Source: Nitrospirota bacterium (GTDB lineage Bacteria; Nitrospirota; Nitrospiria; JACQBZ01). From it: a stretch of 64,000 bases of DNA. Positions 48,322 to 61,051 of the stretch are shown piece by piece; within the stretch, counting starts at the first letter, position 1; every line of letters begins with the position of its first letter. The DNA is taken from positions 3,551-67,550 of the forward strand of contig JACQCA010000025.1 of the NCBI GenBank assembly GCA_016201865.1, given 5' to 3'. The notes beneath the pieces are model-generated. The model saw nothing but the letters and a program-made list of their open reading frames with translations, searched no databases and was not told where the DNA came from. The translations under genes were made by a program, and so were the position numbers.

Positions 48322-50568
48322 TTAACTTAAGGCATTTAATGCCGAACCGGCCTTAAACCATCCGATCTGCTGTTCCGTCATGCTGTGGTTGGCCTGTATC
48401 TTGATCTCTTTTCCATCGGCCTTCTGAACCACGACCTCGACCGGCTTTTCCGGCGCAAGCTGAGCCAAGCCTCGAACGTTGACCCGATCACTCTGCTCGA
48501 ATTTTTCGTAATCCTTCGGATCGGCAAACGTCAACGGAAGGATGCCCTGTTTTTTCAAGTTGGTCTCATGAATACGTGCGAAGCTTTTCACGAGAACGGC
48601 CAGTACGCCCAGGAAGCGCGGCGACATCGCGGCATGCTCGCGGCTGGAACCCTCGCCGTAATTCTCATCGCCGATCACGACCGAGCCTATGCCTTTGGCC
48701 TTGTACCGGCGTGCAATCGCGGCGATCGTCAGGTTGGATTCGCCGGACAACACATCCGTCCCCTTGCCAGGCTCGGCGCTGAAGACGTTGTTCGCACCCA
48801 GAAACATGTTGTCGCTGATCTTGTCCAGATGGCCGCGATATTTGAGCCACTGCCCGGCGGGCGAGATATGATCGGTGGTGCATTTTCCCTTGGCCTTGAT
48901 CAGGATCGGCAGTTTTTCGAAATCCTTCCCGTCCCATCGTGGAAAAGGTTTTAAAAGCTGGAGCCGCTCACTCGTGGGCGGAATATCGATCTCGATCTTG
49001 TCGCCGTCCTTCGCGGGTGGTTCGAATCCTTCCTCGCCTTTTGCAAACCCTTTGGTCGGAAGTTCTTCCCCACGCGGCGGCTCGAACTTGATCTTCGTTC
49101 CGTCCGCGGCCGTCAGACTGCCCGTGATAGGATTGAAGTCCAAGGTTCCGGCAAAAGCCATGGCCGTAACGATTTCGGGACTCGAAAGGAAGGAAAGCGT
49201 CTCGGCATTCCCGTCGTTTCGGCCGGGGAAGTTTCGGTTGTACGAGCTGATGATCGAGTTGGACTCCTTCGGCTTCAGGTCGGATCGTTTCCATTGCCCG
49301 ATACAGGGTCCGCAGGCGTTGGCCAGCACCGTCCCGCCCATCGCTTCGAATGTTTTCATGAAGCCGTCACGGATCATCGTGTGATAGATCCGTTCGGACC
49401 CGGGCGTCACCAAAAAACCGGCCTTGGCCTTCAGGCCGGCTTTCAGCCCCTGAAGCGCGATATGGGCCGAGCGGCTGATGTCTTCATACGAGGAATTGGT
49501 GCAGGATCCGATGAGGGCGGCCTTTAATTCAACCGGGTATCCTTTTTCCTTCGCCTCGGCCGCGAGTTTCGAGATCGGCCGCGCCAGGTCCGGGGTATGC
49601 GGCCCGACGACGTGAGGTTCCAGCTCGGACAGGTTGATCTCGACGATCTGGTCGTAGTACTTTTCGGGTTTGACCATCACCTCCGGATCGGACATGAGGT
49701 TCTCCCGATTGGTCTGCGCCAGCTTGGCCCATTCGGCCCGGTCAGTTGCATTCAAATAGGCTGCCATCTTGTCGTCGAACTGGAAAATCGATGTGGTCGC
49801 CCCGAGCTCGGCGCCCATATTCGTGATCGTTCCCTTGCCGGTGCAGGAGATCGTCCCGGCGCCGGGCCCGAAATATTCGATGATCTTGTTCGTCCCGCCC
49901 TTCACCGTCAGTAGGCCGCAGAGATATAAAATCACGTCCTTCGGAGAGCTCCAGCCCTTCAACTGTCCCGTCAATCGAACGCCGATCAATTTGGGATGCA
50001 ACACCTCCCACGGCAGCCCGGCCATCACCTCGCCGGCATCCGCGCCGCCTACCCCGATCGCAAGCATGCCGAGCCCCCCGCCGTTCGGTGTGTGAGAATC
50101 GGTTCCGATCAGAAGCGCACCCGGAAAGGCGGAGTTCTCCAGAACGACCTGATGGATGATCCCCGCGCCCGGTTTCCAGAAACCGATCCCGAATTTCCGT
50201 GCGGCCGAACTTAGAAAATTGTAAACCTCCTTGTTCTCTTCGATCGCACGCCGAACGTCATCCTTCGCGCCGCTCTGCGCACGGATCAGATGATCGCAAT
50301 GGACCGTACTCGGGATGGCCACTTTTTTCTTTCCGGCCTGAATGAACTGGAGCAGCGCCATCTGGGCCGTCGCGTCCTGCATTGCGACCCGGTCCGGTCG
50401 CAGAAGAAGCTGGGCCTTGCCACGTTCCCAGACCTGGGCATTAAAATCATCGGCATGCGTCACCAGGATTTTTTCGGTCAATGTCAACGGACGGCCGAAT
50501 TTTTTCCGGGCCTTCGCCAGCTTTTCCGGCATGGAGGCATAAAGTTTTTTGATGGCTTCAACCGACAT
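48322..50568 (-). CDS. acn: Aconitate hydratase (aconitase family, ~750-aa type)
   Basis: GTDSHTPNGGGLG and other aconitase cluster-ligand motifs. 748 aa. Confidence 0.92.
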   Translation of the reverse strand: MSVEAIKKLYASMPEKLAKARKKFGRPLTLTEKILVTHADDFNAQVWERGKAQLLLRPDRVAMQDATAQMALLQFIQAGKKKVAIPSTVHCDHLIRAQSGAKDDVRRAIEENKEVYNFLSSAARKFGIGFWKPGAGIIHQVVLENSAFPGALLIGTDSHTPNGGGLGMLAIGVGGADAGEVMAGLPWEVLHPKLIGVRLTGQLKGWSSPKDVILYLCGLLTVKGGTNKIIEYFGPGAGTISCTGKGTITNMGAELGATTSIFQFDDKMAAYLNATDRAEWAKLAQTNRENLMSDPEVMVKPEKYYDQIVEINLSELEPHVVGPHTPDLARPISKLAAEAKEKGYPVELKAALIGSCTNSSYEDISRSAHIALQGLKAGLKAKAGFLVTPGSERIYHTMIRDGFMKTFEAMGGTVLANACGPCIGQWKRSDLKPKESNSIISSYNRNFPGRNDGNAETLSFLSSPEIVTAMAFAGTLDFNPITGSLTAADGTKIKFEPPRGEELPTKGFAKGEEGFEPPAKDGDKIEIDIPPTSERLQLLKPFPRWDGKDFEKLPILIKAKGKCTTDHISPAGQWLKYRGHLDKISDNMFLGANNVFSAEPGKGTDVLSGESNLTIAAIARRYKAKGIGSVVIGDENYGEGSSREHAAMSPRFLGVLAVLVKSFARIHETNLKKQGILPLTFADPKDYEKFEQSDRVNVRGLAQLAPEKPVEVVVQKADGKEIKIQANHSMTEQQIGWFKAGSALNALS

Positions 50569-50641
50569 GGAAGGCTCCCTTCCTCATTATCGTCTGGAAA
50601 TTTCATTCTAACGGGCCGCCGCAGCGATAGTCAACGGATAT

Positions 50642-52468
50642 CTATTTGAGCGGCGGGACGTCCTTCTTTTTCGGGGCCGCGTAATTGATCAGGTAATCGA
50701 ACAAACGGATCAAGCGGCTGCCCTGCTGCTTCTGATCGATCCAGTGGCCGATCAGGCCGATCGTCCGCGCCAGAATAAAAAAGCCGTTGAGGCTCTCGAC
50801 CGGGAAGCCCAGGTCGACCAGTACGGCCGCGATCGTTCCATCCACGTTGAGGATCAGTGTGTCTTTCTTGGCCGTCGTGATCTTTTCGACCTCCAGCGCA
50901 AAATCCAGATGCGGCGTGGAAATCTTCAGGCTCTTCACGTAACCCACGAGCTCTTTGACCCTTTTGTCCGGATTCTTTACGCTTTTGACGCGGTGGCCGA
51001 TTCCGGGAACCGGTCCGACATTGGCCTTCATGTAGGTCAAAAAGTCGTCCACCGAAAGCTTGTTTTCGACGGCATATTTAAACCACTTGCCCGCATCCGT
51101 GACGGCGCCCCCAAAGCGCGGCCCGATCATGATCATGCCGGCCGCGATCGACTGGGCCATCGAGATCCCGGCGCAGGACGCGATGATCGTCGTCAGCGCG
51201 CCCGAGACGGCCGGCCCGTGGTCGGCCGAGAGCATGATGATCCGTTTGATGATTTCGGCCTCCTGCTGCGTGATCAGTTTTTTGTTCCAGAGAAGGCCGA
51301 TGACGTGAGGAATCTGGTAGCCTTGATTGATCAGCTCCGAGGCGGCATAACCGTAATAGAGCGGCTCTTCCCCGCGGTCGTCCGAGATGGTGGTCTTCAC
51401 CATCGGCTCGACAAACACCTCGCCGCTTTTGCGTGACTCGTCGATCGTCTTGGGAAGCTTGGGCAGGGCCTCCGGTTCAACAGCCGGGGCTTCCTTCACC
51501 AGCCCTTTGGAAAGAAGCTCCTGGTAGACCTCTTTGATCGCGGGGCCGAGGCCGCCGAACGTGGCCGGCACGATCGCGCCGGCTTCGCGAAGACGGTCGG
51601 CTTTGTGCCGCGCGCTGCCTTCGCCCTTCATCCCTTCCTTTGCGCCGGCATGACCGAACTTCATTCCCTTGGGCAGCACCTCCTGGCAGAAGCCGGAGAT
51701 GACCGCCATTAATTTGATCCGGCGTTTTTTGGCGGCATACCAGTCGGCCGCCCGTTCTTCAAGATCACCGCCCATCTCGCCCACGATCACGACGGCATGG
51801 GTCTTCGGATCCTTTTCGAACATCTCAAGGTAGGTCACATAATCCGATCCCGGATAGGCGTCTCCCCCGATTCCGATCGCGGTCGTGACACCGTCGGCGA
51901 ACTGGCTGCAGATCCAGATGATCTCATTGGACAGGCCGCCGGATTTTGTGATCACGCCGAAGGAACCGGGACGGTAGAGCTTGCTCAAGATCAAATTGTC
52001 AAACGCGCCGCCGATCACGCCCAGACGGCATTCGCCGGCCGAGATGATGCCGATGGCGGACGGTCCGTTAAAAACCTTGCCCTTTTCCCGTGCGATGCGC
52101 GACAGCAGTTTGCTGTCCTTTTCGGGAACGCCCTCGGTGATCATCGAAACCAGCCGGATCGAACTCGTATTCAGCGCCTCGCGGGCCGCTCCGAGCGCCC
52201 GGTCGGGACCGACATAAACCAGACTGGTGTTGATCTCCGGATGACCGGCGACCGCCTCGGCCATTGTTTTGTAGACCGGGATTGAAACGATCTCGCTGCC
52301 GTAGGGCACTTCATTGATCTTTCCGGCATCCGGAGGAAAGACGAATGCCTGGACCGTCAGCGGCGCCTTGCTCAAATAACAGAATTCGGACATCCGGCGG
52401 GCCGCGTTCAGCCCGGCCGGACCGCCCTGGATCACCACCCGCGTATCGCGATTCGCCACGATGCTCAT
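50642..52468 (-). CDS. aclA: ATP-citrate lyase alpha subunit (CoA-binding/phosphohistidine plus citrate-synthase-like domain)
   Basis: 608 aa. SucD-like N-terminal domain (GxxGxxH loop), citrate-synthase-like C-terminal domain. ATGA overlap with aclB. Confidence 0.92.
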   Translation of the reverse strand: MSIVANRDTRVVIQGGPAGLNAARRMSEFCYLSKAPLTVQAFVFPPDAGKINEVPYGSEIVSIPVYKTMAEAVAGHPEINTSLVYVGPDRALGAAREALNTSSIRLVSMITEGVPEKDSKLLSRIAREKGKVFNGPSAIGIISAGECRLGVIGGAFDNLILSKLYRPGSFGVITKSGGLSNEIIWICSQFADGVTTAIGIGGDAYPGSDYVTYLEMFEKDPKTHAVVIVGEMGGDLEERAADWYAAKKRRIKLMAVISGFCQEVLPKGMKFGHAGAKEGMKGEGSARHKADRLREAGAIVPATFGGLGPAIKEVYQELLSKGLVKEAPAVEPEALPKLPKTIDESRKSGEVFVEPMVKTTISDDRGEEPLYYGYAASELINQGYQIPHVIGLLWNKKLITQQEAEIIKRIIMLSADHGPAVSGALTTIIASCAGISMAQSIAAGMIMIGPRFGGAVTDAGKWFKYAVENKLSVDDFLTYMKANVGPVPGIGHRVKSVKNPDKRVKELVGYVKSLKISTPHLDFALEVEKITTAKKDTLILNVDGTIAAVLVDLGFPVESLNGFFILARTIGLIGHWIDQKQQGSRLIRLFDYLINYAAPKKKDVPPLK

Positions 52469-53748
52469 CGTCTCGCCTCCCTGGCTCTCCCGCTCCTCGT
52501 CTTTGCCGTTCCAGTTTTCTCACGCAAAGGCGCCGCCGCAGCCGCCGTCTCTTTTTGAAGGGACATGTCCACGATATCGGTCAGGGGGGTGTTGCGATCG
52601 AAGACATGGATCAAGAACCCTTCGGACTCGAGGGTCTTCATCGCGGCCAGTCCATCCTTTTCATAGGGGCCTCCGCGACGGACCCAGATTTCGACGTTGC
52701 CGAGCTTACCCTGGGCCTTGGCTTTGCGGAAGCCGGCGATGATCCCGGCGAAGGTTTTTTTGACGTTGGTAAAATTGGCGATTGCGCCGCCCACGATGAT
52801 CCGTTGGATGTTGGGAAGGGAACAGACCTTTTCGGTCAGAACTTCGACCGCCCAGTCGGGAGGATCCCCGGAATACTCGGCGTAATTCGCCGGCTTACCG
52901 CCGAGGGCGACGACGGCATCGGTATAGAAGACGCTGGCCCCGCCGCCGGCCGGGAGCAGCGCCGTATCACCGCCCGGGATCTCGATGAATTTGACCGAAC
53001 CCTTGATTTTGGAATCCACCTCCATCACGGCCCGTTCATTCTCGGAATAGGGCCGTCCGAACTCGGCCGCAAACGAAAAGTCCCAGTCCGGATGACGGAA
53101 ACGGGCGTCCGCGTCCAGCAAGGTTACCGCATCCAGCGCCACCAGTTCGCGATCGGCGGAACGCAGCACGAGCGGATTGATCTCAAGATACTGCGCATCC
53201 TCCTGCTCAAAGCACTGATGCAGCTTGGCCGCAAACTCCACGATGCGCGGTGTCAGGTCCTTGTCGAATCCAGCCCGTTTGGACAGGTCAGTCAGCTCAT
53301 TTTTGGATGGTACTTCACCGATTGGGATGGATATTTTCTTGACGTTGTCCCAATTCGACTCGATCTCGATCCCGCCCACGCTCGCAAGCAACAGCTCCGC
53401 GCCTTCCCGCGTGGACTTGACTGAAATATAATATTCCTCCTTGTGAGGGATCATCTCGGAGACGATCACCTGGGAGATCGTCATTCCGCCGCCGAGCGAT
53501 CTACCCAGCATTTCCTTGACCGCACGTTTGGCCGCGTCCAGATCGAGATCCACCTTGACCAGACCCAGCTTCATTCTGGAGCCGATCGCCTCATGGGCTT
53601 TCACGACTAAACGGGATTCCTTCAACCAGGCATTGGCCGAGGCTAACTGCTCGAACTGTTCCGTGGAGGTCACAACCAGATAGCCCGGAACGCTCATCCC
53701 CCACTTCTTCAATAAGCCCATCCCCGGGCCTTCAAGCACCTTTGCCAT
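52465..53748 (-). CDS. aclB: ATP-citrate lyase beta subunit (ATP-grasp, SucC-like)
   Basis: 427 aa. ATP-grasp and CoA-ligase motifs. AGGAGG RBS. Ala/Arg-rich C-terminal tail. Confidence 0.92.
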   Translation of the reverse strand: MAKVLEGPGMGLLKKWGMSVPGYLVVTSTEQFEQLASANAWLKESRLVVKAHEAIGSRMKLGLVKVDLDLDAAKRAVKEMLGRSLGGGMTISQVIVSEMIPHKEEYYISVKSTREGAELLLASVGGIEIESNWDNVKKISIPIGEVPSKNELTDLSKRAGFDKDLTPRIVEFAAKLHQCFEQEDAQYLEINPLVLRSADRELVALDAVTLLDADARFRHPDWDFSFAAEFGRPYSENERAVMEVDSKIKGSVKFIEIPGGDTALLPAGGGASVFYTDAVVALGGKPANYAEYSGDPPDWAVEVLTEKVCSLPNIQRIIVGGAIANFTNVKKTFAGIIAGFRKAKAQGKLGNVEIWVRRGGPYEKDGLAAMKTLESEGFLIHVFDRNTPLTDIVDMSLQKETAAAAAPLREKTGTAKTRSGRAREARR

Positions 53749-53817
53749 TTAATGCCTCCTGTCCCTTCAAATTCTCATGGTTTCGGCATTGATGAACGTC
53801 TCAGAAAAGGAAGGGAT

Positions 53818-53846
53818 ATTGTAGCCAGTTTTATCGTTATTCTCAA
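53818..53846 (-). promoter_or_regulatory. Sigma70-type promoter TTGAGA-17nt-TACAAT on the minus strand driving aclBA
   Basis: Minus strand TTGAGA (plus 53841-53846) and TACAAT (plus 53818-53823), 17-nt spacer. Confidence 0.5.
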
Positions 53847-53848
53847 CA

Positions 53849-53886
53849 GAAAAAAAGACCTATCGGCTAAGACCCGAATAGGTCTT
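53849..53886 (-). terminator. Rho-independent terminator (minus strand) after the lipoprotein gene
   Basis: AGACCTAT-loop-ATAGGTCT followed by TTTTTTT on the minus strand. Confidence 0.55.
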
Positions 53887-53895
53887 TAGACCCAT

Positions 53896-55161
53896 CTAAG
53901 GAACGGGGGGCTTTTCTTCCGGGTTCGGCGAGTACCGCGACAGTTGTCCCACCAAGCGGTCCAACGCTCCGCTTAATGATTCCCGGACGATTTTCATGGG
54001 GGATCCCCATGTTCGAATCATCCGGTCAATGCCGTATTCCGCTTCGCCTTTCCAAAGCAGTTTTCCGCTACGGGTCTCGATCAATTGGACATCCTCAATC
54101 CGGGTGATGGCGGTTGCCTTAAAAATCCGCGGATAACCTATTCCTCCACTCCAGATCGGAAATGGCGCGTTCTCACGCGTAGGCGTGACCGATGCATAAG
54201 CATGAGCCAACCGGCTGACCAGAACAACATCCACACCCTCTTCGGACCATTCGCGGAGTTCTTCGGATGTAACTCCACGGGTGGCGATGATCAAAACGTT
54301 TCCGTAAATATCCGCCGCCTGCAGTTTATGTGTCAATTGACCGGCCACCGCATCTATGAGAGGTGTAGTAATAGTTTTATTATCATAGCTGTACAGTAAA
54401 TAATTAATATCGCCCTTTAGTTTTCTCACCTCCACATCCTTTTCCTCGGGAGGCCGAAGATCTTCGGGCGACAACACCCCCACCCGCCACTGTCGCATCG
54501 CGGGCAGTTCGGAGGGGTAAACCTGATGATGGGAAAAGGACTGCCCGCTTAATTGGATCGCCAACTGATTGATCGCCCCGCGGAGCGCTTCGGCGGCGTA
54601 GAAGATGTCCCGATCGGGATTTTTTTCCTGCCGTTGGATCAGTTTGTCGGCCGTTCCCTGCCACAGAAGTTGTCCGGTGTGCGTACTGTAAAGTTTCAGA
54701 TTTTCAAACTGAACATGACCTTCGATCCGATGATCCGGCTCTTGCCGGCCATAGAAATGAATCAGATCACCCATTAAAACAGCATCGGCGCCTTGAGAAA
54801 TCAGATCGTGGACGCGATCGGGAGAGGTCGGATCGACCGGTCCGGACACGGTTTGGATCTGACTGAAGACGGATGAAACCCGGAGATGTCGGACGATTCG
54901 CTCCGTGACGGCGCCGGCCAGATCAGACGGCAGATTGAAACGGGAAGCCCATGCTCTTTCCTCTGGAGAGCGCCGGTCTTCCAAGACCGCCACGGCTATA
55001 CTGAGAGCGTGGGGTCGCGGCGCGACGAAGATTTCGCTGTCCTCCAGCGAATAAGAAACCGGCGAAACAGCCGCGCAACCGTTTATAAGGAGACAGACGA
55101 AGCCGCAGGAGGCGATCAGGCCCCGCCGTCCGCCGCTATTTAAGCGATGTAATGAACTCAT
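53896..55161 (-). CDS. Hypothetical lipoprotein with two internally similar halves
   Basis: Lipobox LLINGCAA. 421 aa. Confidence 0.6.
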   Translation of the reverse strand: MSSLHRLNSGGRRGLIASCGFVCLLINGCAAVSPVSYSLEDSEIFVAPRPHALSIAVAVLEDRRSPEERAWASRFNLPSDLAGAVTERIVRHLRVSSVFSQIQTVSGPVDPTSPDRVHDLISQGADAVLMGDLIHFYGRQEPDHRIEGHVQFENLKLYSTHTGQLLWQGTADKLIQRQEKNPDRDIFYAAEALRGAINQLAIQLSGQSFSHHQVYPSELPAMRQWRVGVLSPEDLRPPEEKDVEVRKLKGDINYLLYSYDNKTITTPLIDAVAGQLTHKLQAADIYGNVLIIATRGVTSEELREWSEEGVDVVLVSRLAHAYASVTPTRENAPFPIWSGGIGYPRIFKATAITRIEDVQLIETRSGKLLWKGEAEYGIDRMIRTWGSPMKIVRESLSGALDRLVGQLSRYSPNPEEKPPVP

Positions 55162-55420
55162 CGATCGGGATGGCCGGCATGGTTAGGAATTGAACCGATC
55201 CTCGCGAGCCGAGCTCTACCGAGATCTTTGCGATGGCCTTATTATCCTTGGCCTCGATGATATTCACGAAGTCATACGGACCGAGAAGCGCATACTGGGC
55301 CACCACTTTGGCCCCCATCGTCTCGATTTCTTTATTCACCTGATTGATGCGGCTGGGCTTGGCCTTGATCGTTTTCCGGCCCTGATCGGTCAATGTGCTG
55401 AGCAAGACATAGGTCGGCAT
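55136..55420 (-). CDS. GYD-domain protein
   Basis: MPTYVLLSTLTDQGRKTIK...GPYDFVNIIEA... 94 aa. Confidence 0.7.
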   Translation of the reverse strand: MPTYVLLSTLTDQGRKTIKAKPSRINQVNKEIETMGAKVVAQYALLGPYDFVNIIEAKDNKAIAKISVELGSRGSVQFLTMPAIPIDEFITSLK

Positions 55421-55498
55421 GGTGAATCCTCCTTATGGTTAGAAGTCGGTGGAAGGAATGACCGGACAGCTTTAGATTACTCCGTTCGGGAAAGTTTT

Positions 55499-58205
<2,707 letters not shown>

Positions 58206-58265
58206 GATGCGCTCCTAAAGATTTCGTGCGAGGCGGAATGACGTCTTGATGTCGGCGGCCTGTCC

Positions 58266-58625
58266 CTATTTATCAAATGGACGCACTCGCGTTCGTCCCG
58301 GTACAACAACTGTGATACGTCCTTCAAAGTCTTTCGGCTTGGTTGTTTTTAGGACCTTGGAAAACAGCCGCGTAATCTGCTCGCCTGTAAACGTATCAGG
58401 AACCCGAATGAGAATAAGACCCGATGGATAGGGACGGATCTGTGGGAAGGGAAAATCAAGATCCTTTGTGATTAGAATGCGTCGTTCACGAGCCGCCAGC
58501 ATCCAAAGCAACTCGTCCGGTGAGCTTCGAAGAGTACTTGCGGCAACATCGAAGGTGTCGTGACCGGCGTCCCGGAGAAGCCCGATCAGACTGAAGGGAA
58601 GGTTCTCATCGACGAGGAAGTGCAT
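58266..58625 (-). CDS. DUF5615 (PIN-like) family protein
   Basis: MHFLVDENLP... Start set at MHFLV. Confidence 0.65.
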   Translation of the reverse strand: MHFLVDENLPFSLIGLLRDAGHDTFDVAASTLRSSPDELLWMLAARERRILITKDLDFPFPQIRPYPSGLILIRVPDTFTGEQITRLFSKVLKTTKPKDFEGRITVVVPGRTRVRPFDK

Positions 58626-58836
58626 GCACTTTTTCTTCAGCCAATGTCTCCGCAGCATAAGACAAGGCCGCCTGGACGTCTTCCGCCGTCACGCGATATT
58701 CTTCACAGACCTCGTCGGCAGTCATTCCTCCCGCCAAGCCTCCTACGATCACCTGCACCGGCACGCGCGTTCCCTTAATCACGGGTTTCCCCCCCATGAC
58801 CTTCGGATCAATCACAATGCGGCTTTTCTTCTGCAT
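58606..58836 (-). CDS. DUF433-family protein (partner of DUF5615)
   Basis: IDPKVMGGKPVIKGTRVPVQVIV...TAEDVQAALSYAAE. Confidence 0.7.
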   Translation of the reverse strand: MQKKSRIVIDPKVMGGKPVIKGTRVPVQVIVGGLAGGMTADEVCEEYRVTAEDVQAALSYAAETLAEEKVHALPRR

Positions 58837-59136
58837 GGCTCATCGTCTCCATCAAGGATAATTATTCTACGAGAAGCATTTCGAATGTGCAAGGTTAAAA
58901 GAAACCGACAAACCTCAAATAGAAATCCTCACCCTGCGCCATGGCGTGAGACGATTCGAAAATAAAAGCTTGCAGAGAAATGCTCTCTCCCTTCATAAGG
59001 AGGAAATCCAGAAAAGTCAATAAGGCCTGCCCTTTCACTTTCAGGCCGGGCGACTAACATTCCGTCAGGGAAGCGTCACTCAAAAGTAAAGATGCGGCCC
59101 TTTCCTTTGGATAATAGTGTCTGTCCCTATTTCTTT

Positions 59137-59610
59137 TTAGGGCTTAAAATAGAGAACCACAACATCTGTTCCATCGGGACCTTTTCCTATACTGGAGTCG
59201 ATCTGCTCGCCGAGGTTTGGTAAATCACCGGTTCTGACGTAATCGTTGTACAGCACGAGGGCTTCAGTCTCAGTCATATACTTAGCCCGCCAGCCGATAA
59301 GATATTCTTTATGTAGTTGCGAACTTGGATACTTTGTTTTCAAAATGTGCTCTACATATTTTCTTTCCTCCGGGGGAGGACCCGCAGCTCCTGCTCCTAA
59401 CAGATAAGCGACTACAGATATTTTTTTAGGTGGATCTGTGCTTTTGCCTGCGGCTCTGACCTTCTCTTCCGGATCGTACCTTCCGCTGTAAACATCCCGC
59501 CAATCGTATACGGAACCACAATTTCCACATGTCGAGCTGCCCTGATAGTTGGTAGGCAAAGGTTCGCCTGAGCGGAATACAGAACCATAGGATGATTTCT
59601 TCAACACCAT
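59137..59610 (-). CDS. Hypothetical protein (157 aa) inside the IR-bounded module
   Basis: ORF with a CGNCG motif. ATG overlaps the stop of the upstream sORF. Confidence 0.5.
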   Translation of the reverse strand: MVLKKSSYGSVFRSGEPLPTNYQGSSTCGNCGSVYDWRDVYSGRYDPEEKVRAAGKSTDPPKKISVVAYLLGAGAAGPPPEERKYVEHILKTKYPSSQLHKEYLIGWRAKYMTETEALVLYNDYVRTGDLPNLGEQIDSSIGKGPDGTDVVVLYFKP

Positions 59611-59753
59611 ATCACATTTTGGTCACTCCAGATTTTGCTGTCGCTTACCTTTGTTGCCGAGGTGGGTAGGATTGACATGCTGCCACCACTAGCCGCTGGT
59701 TCAGCAAATGGTGTTTTGTCTTTCTTGCCGAATAGTTTAGTGAATAGGCTCAT
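59601..59753 (-). CDS. Candidate sORF (50 aa) translationally coupled to the 157-aa gene
   Basis: AAGGAGG 6 nt upstream of the ATG. Stop overlaps the downstream ATG (ATATGGTGTTGA). Confidence 0.3.
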   Translation of the reverse strand: MSLFTKLFGKKDKTPFAEPAASGGSMSILPTSATKVSDSKIWSDQNVIWC

Positions 59754-59971
59754 ATCTTATTCCTCCTTCATTTATAACCAACCTTTTTGTTCTTTGGCGA
59801 TTTTTCCGCCTTACCTTTCGGTTCAACGGTCAGTTTCAGCCCCATTGATCGCACTAATCAACTCCTTCGCTGGCTTGCCTAAGGAGACCGCAAGAAAGAA
59901 TTAAACAGCATACTTTAACCCCGTTTTTGCGTTTTTAAAACGTCCTTCGCATTCTTCAGCTATAATGCCGC

Positions 59972-61051
59972 TTATTTTGTAACCGGCGTAGCACGAAGGG
60001 GTGCCTTGCCAGTATTCCAGGCCCGTTTTGCGTCAGCAGAAGCTACTTTTAAATCGATCCTTCTTTTTCTGGCGCCCTGCTCACAAAGCAGAATCGGGGT
60101 AGCCGTCCCTGGTGAGAACATAACGTTGGCATTTAACCGCGTTTTGACGCGTTCAATCTTTTTTTCGACCTCTTTTATCGAGCGAGCGTCTTTTCTAAAG
60201 TCGACAACACCTTGTGTGATATACAAATACCCGGTGCCACGAGGAATTGTAGCGCCCGGCCAACCACAGGAATAATCGTCATCTGAGCACAGACCATCAT
60301 CTTTAGGCATCTGTACCTCGAAGGACTCCATGAGGTACTCCTCTTGATTTTGCCCCCACCACTCCTGCCATTCCTTCGTCTCTTGTCCACAATCCGTGGC
60401 CGAAAACTGTTTCAAGACACTAATCACCTTGTCTCGTAACGCTTTCGTCCTTGCCAAGCTAACACCGACAGTCGCAGCTGCCAATCTATTTGCAAGCTGC
60501 GACCGAGCATCGGTGACCCCCTTCTGCTCCAGGTCTCCTATCTGATCTGTAAAATCTATTGATCCAAACCCTACGCGCCCATCGCGCCAGCTTGCTGAAA
60601 TTGCCCCTGACCACATGTTTACGTCTTCATTTGCTTTTTCCGACTGCTCGATGATCTCATTATCTAAGCGTTCTAAGATAGCAATCAACGCGCCTAATGC
60701 TTGCCCGTCTTTTATCATGGCGAATGCTTCTACCGTGGCACTAATCACATCCTCATTACAGTACGTTCCCTGAGTCTCTTTATCCACCATATTACAAAGC
60801 ACCTTTACAGCCCGTTTATCACCTAATTTACCTAATGCCTTAATAGCGACTTCACGAACATCGTAATTCTCTACCATAGGAACAAGCAGCGCCACAGCCC
60901 GCTTATCACCTATCTCACCCAATGCCCGAATAGCAGATTTACGAATATCAAGATCTTTCCTGTACGATACCGCCTTAATCAATCCTTCAATATCCTTCCG
61001 TGCCTTAAGAATGCCAATATTGGGCTTGAAGAGAGATGAGAACCTGAACAT
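59972..61051 (-). CDS. HEAT-repeat (PBS-lyase-type) protein with an uncharacterised C-terminal domain
   Basis: DIRKSAIRALGEIGDKRAVALLVPMV...VREVAIKALGKLGDKRAVKVL repeats. AAGGAGG RBS. Confidence 0.65.
   Translation of the reverse strand: MFRFSSLFKPNIGILKARKDIEGLIKAVSYRKDLDIRKSAIRALGEIGDKRAVALLVPMVENYDVREVAIKALGKLGDKRAVKVLCNMVDKETQGTYCNEDVISATVEAFAMIKDGQALGALIAILERLDNEIIEQSEKANEDVNMWSGAISASWRDGRVGFGSIDFTDQIGDLEQKGVTDARSQLANRLAAATVGVSLARTKALRDKVISVLKQFSATDCGQETKEWQEWWGQNQEEYLMESFEVQMPKDDGLCSDDDYSCGWPGATIPRGTGYLYITQGVVDFRKDARSIKEVEKKIERVKTRLNANVMFSPGTATPILLCEQGARKRRIDLKVASADAKRAWNTGKAPLRATPVTK

Noticed and set aside
52345-53424. 359-aa plus-strand ORF antisense to aclB
   Set aside because: Shadow ORF inside a well-supported ATP-citrate lyase beta gene.
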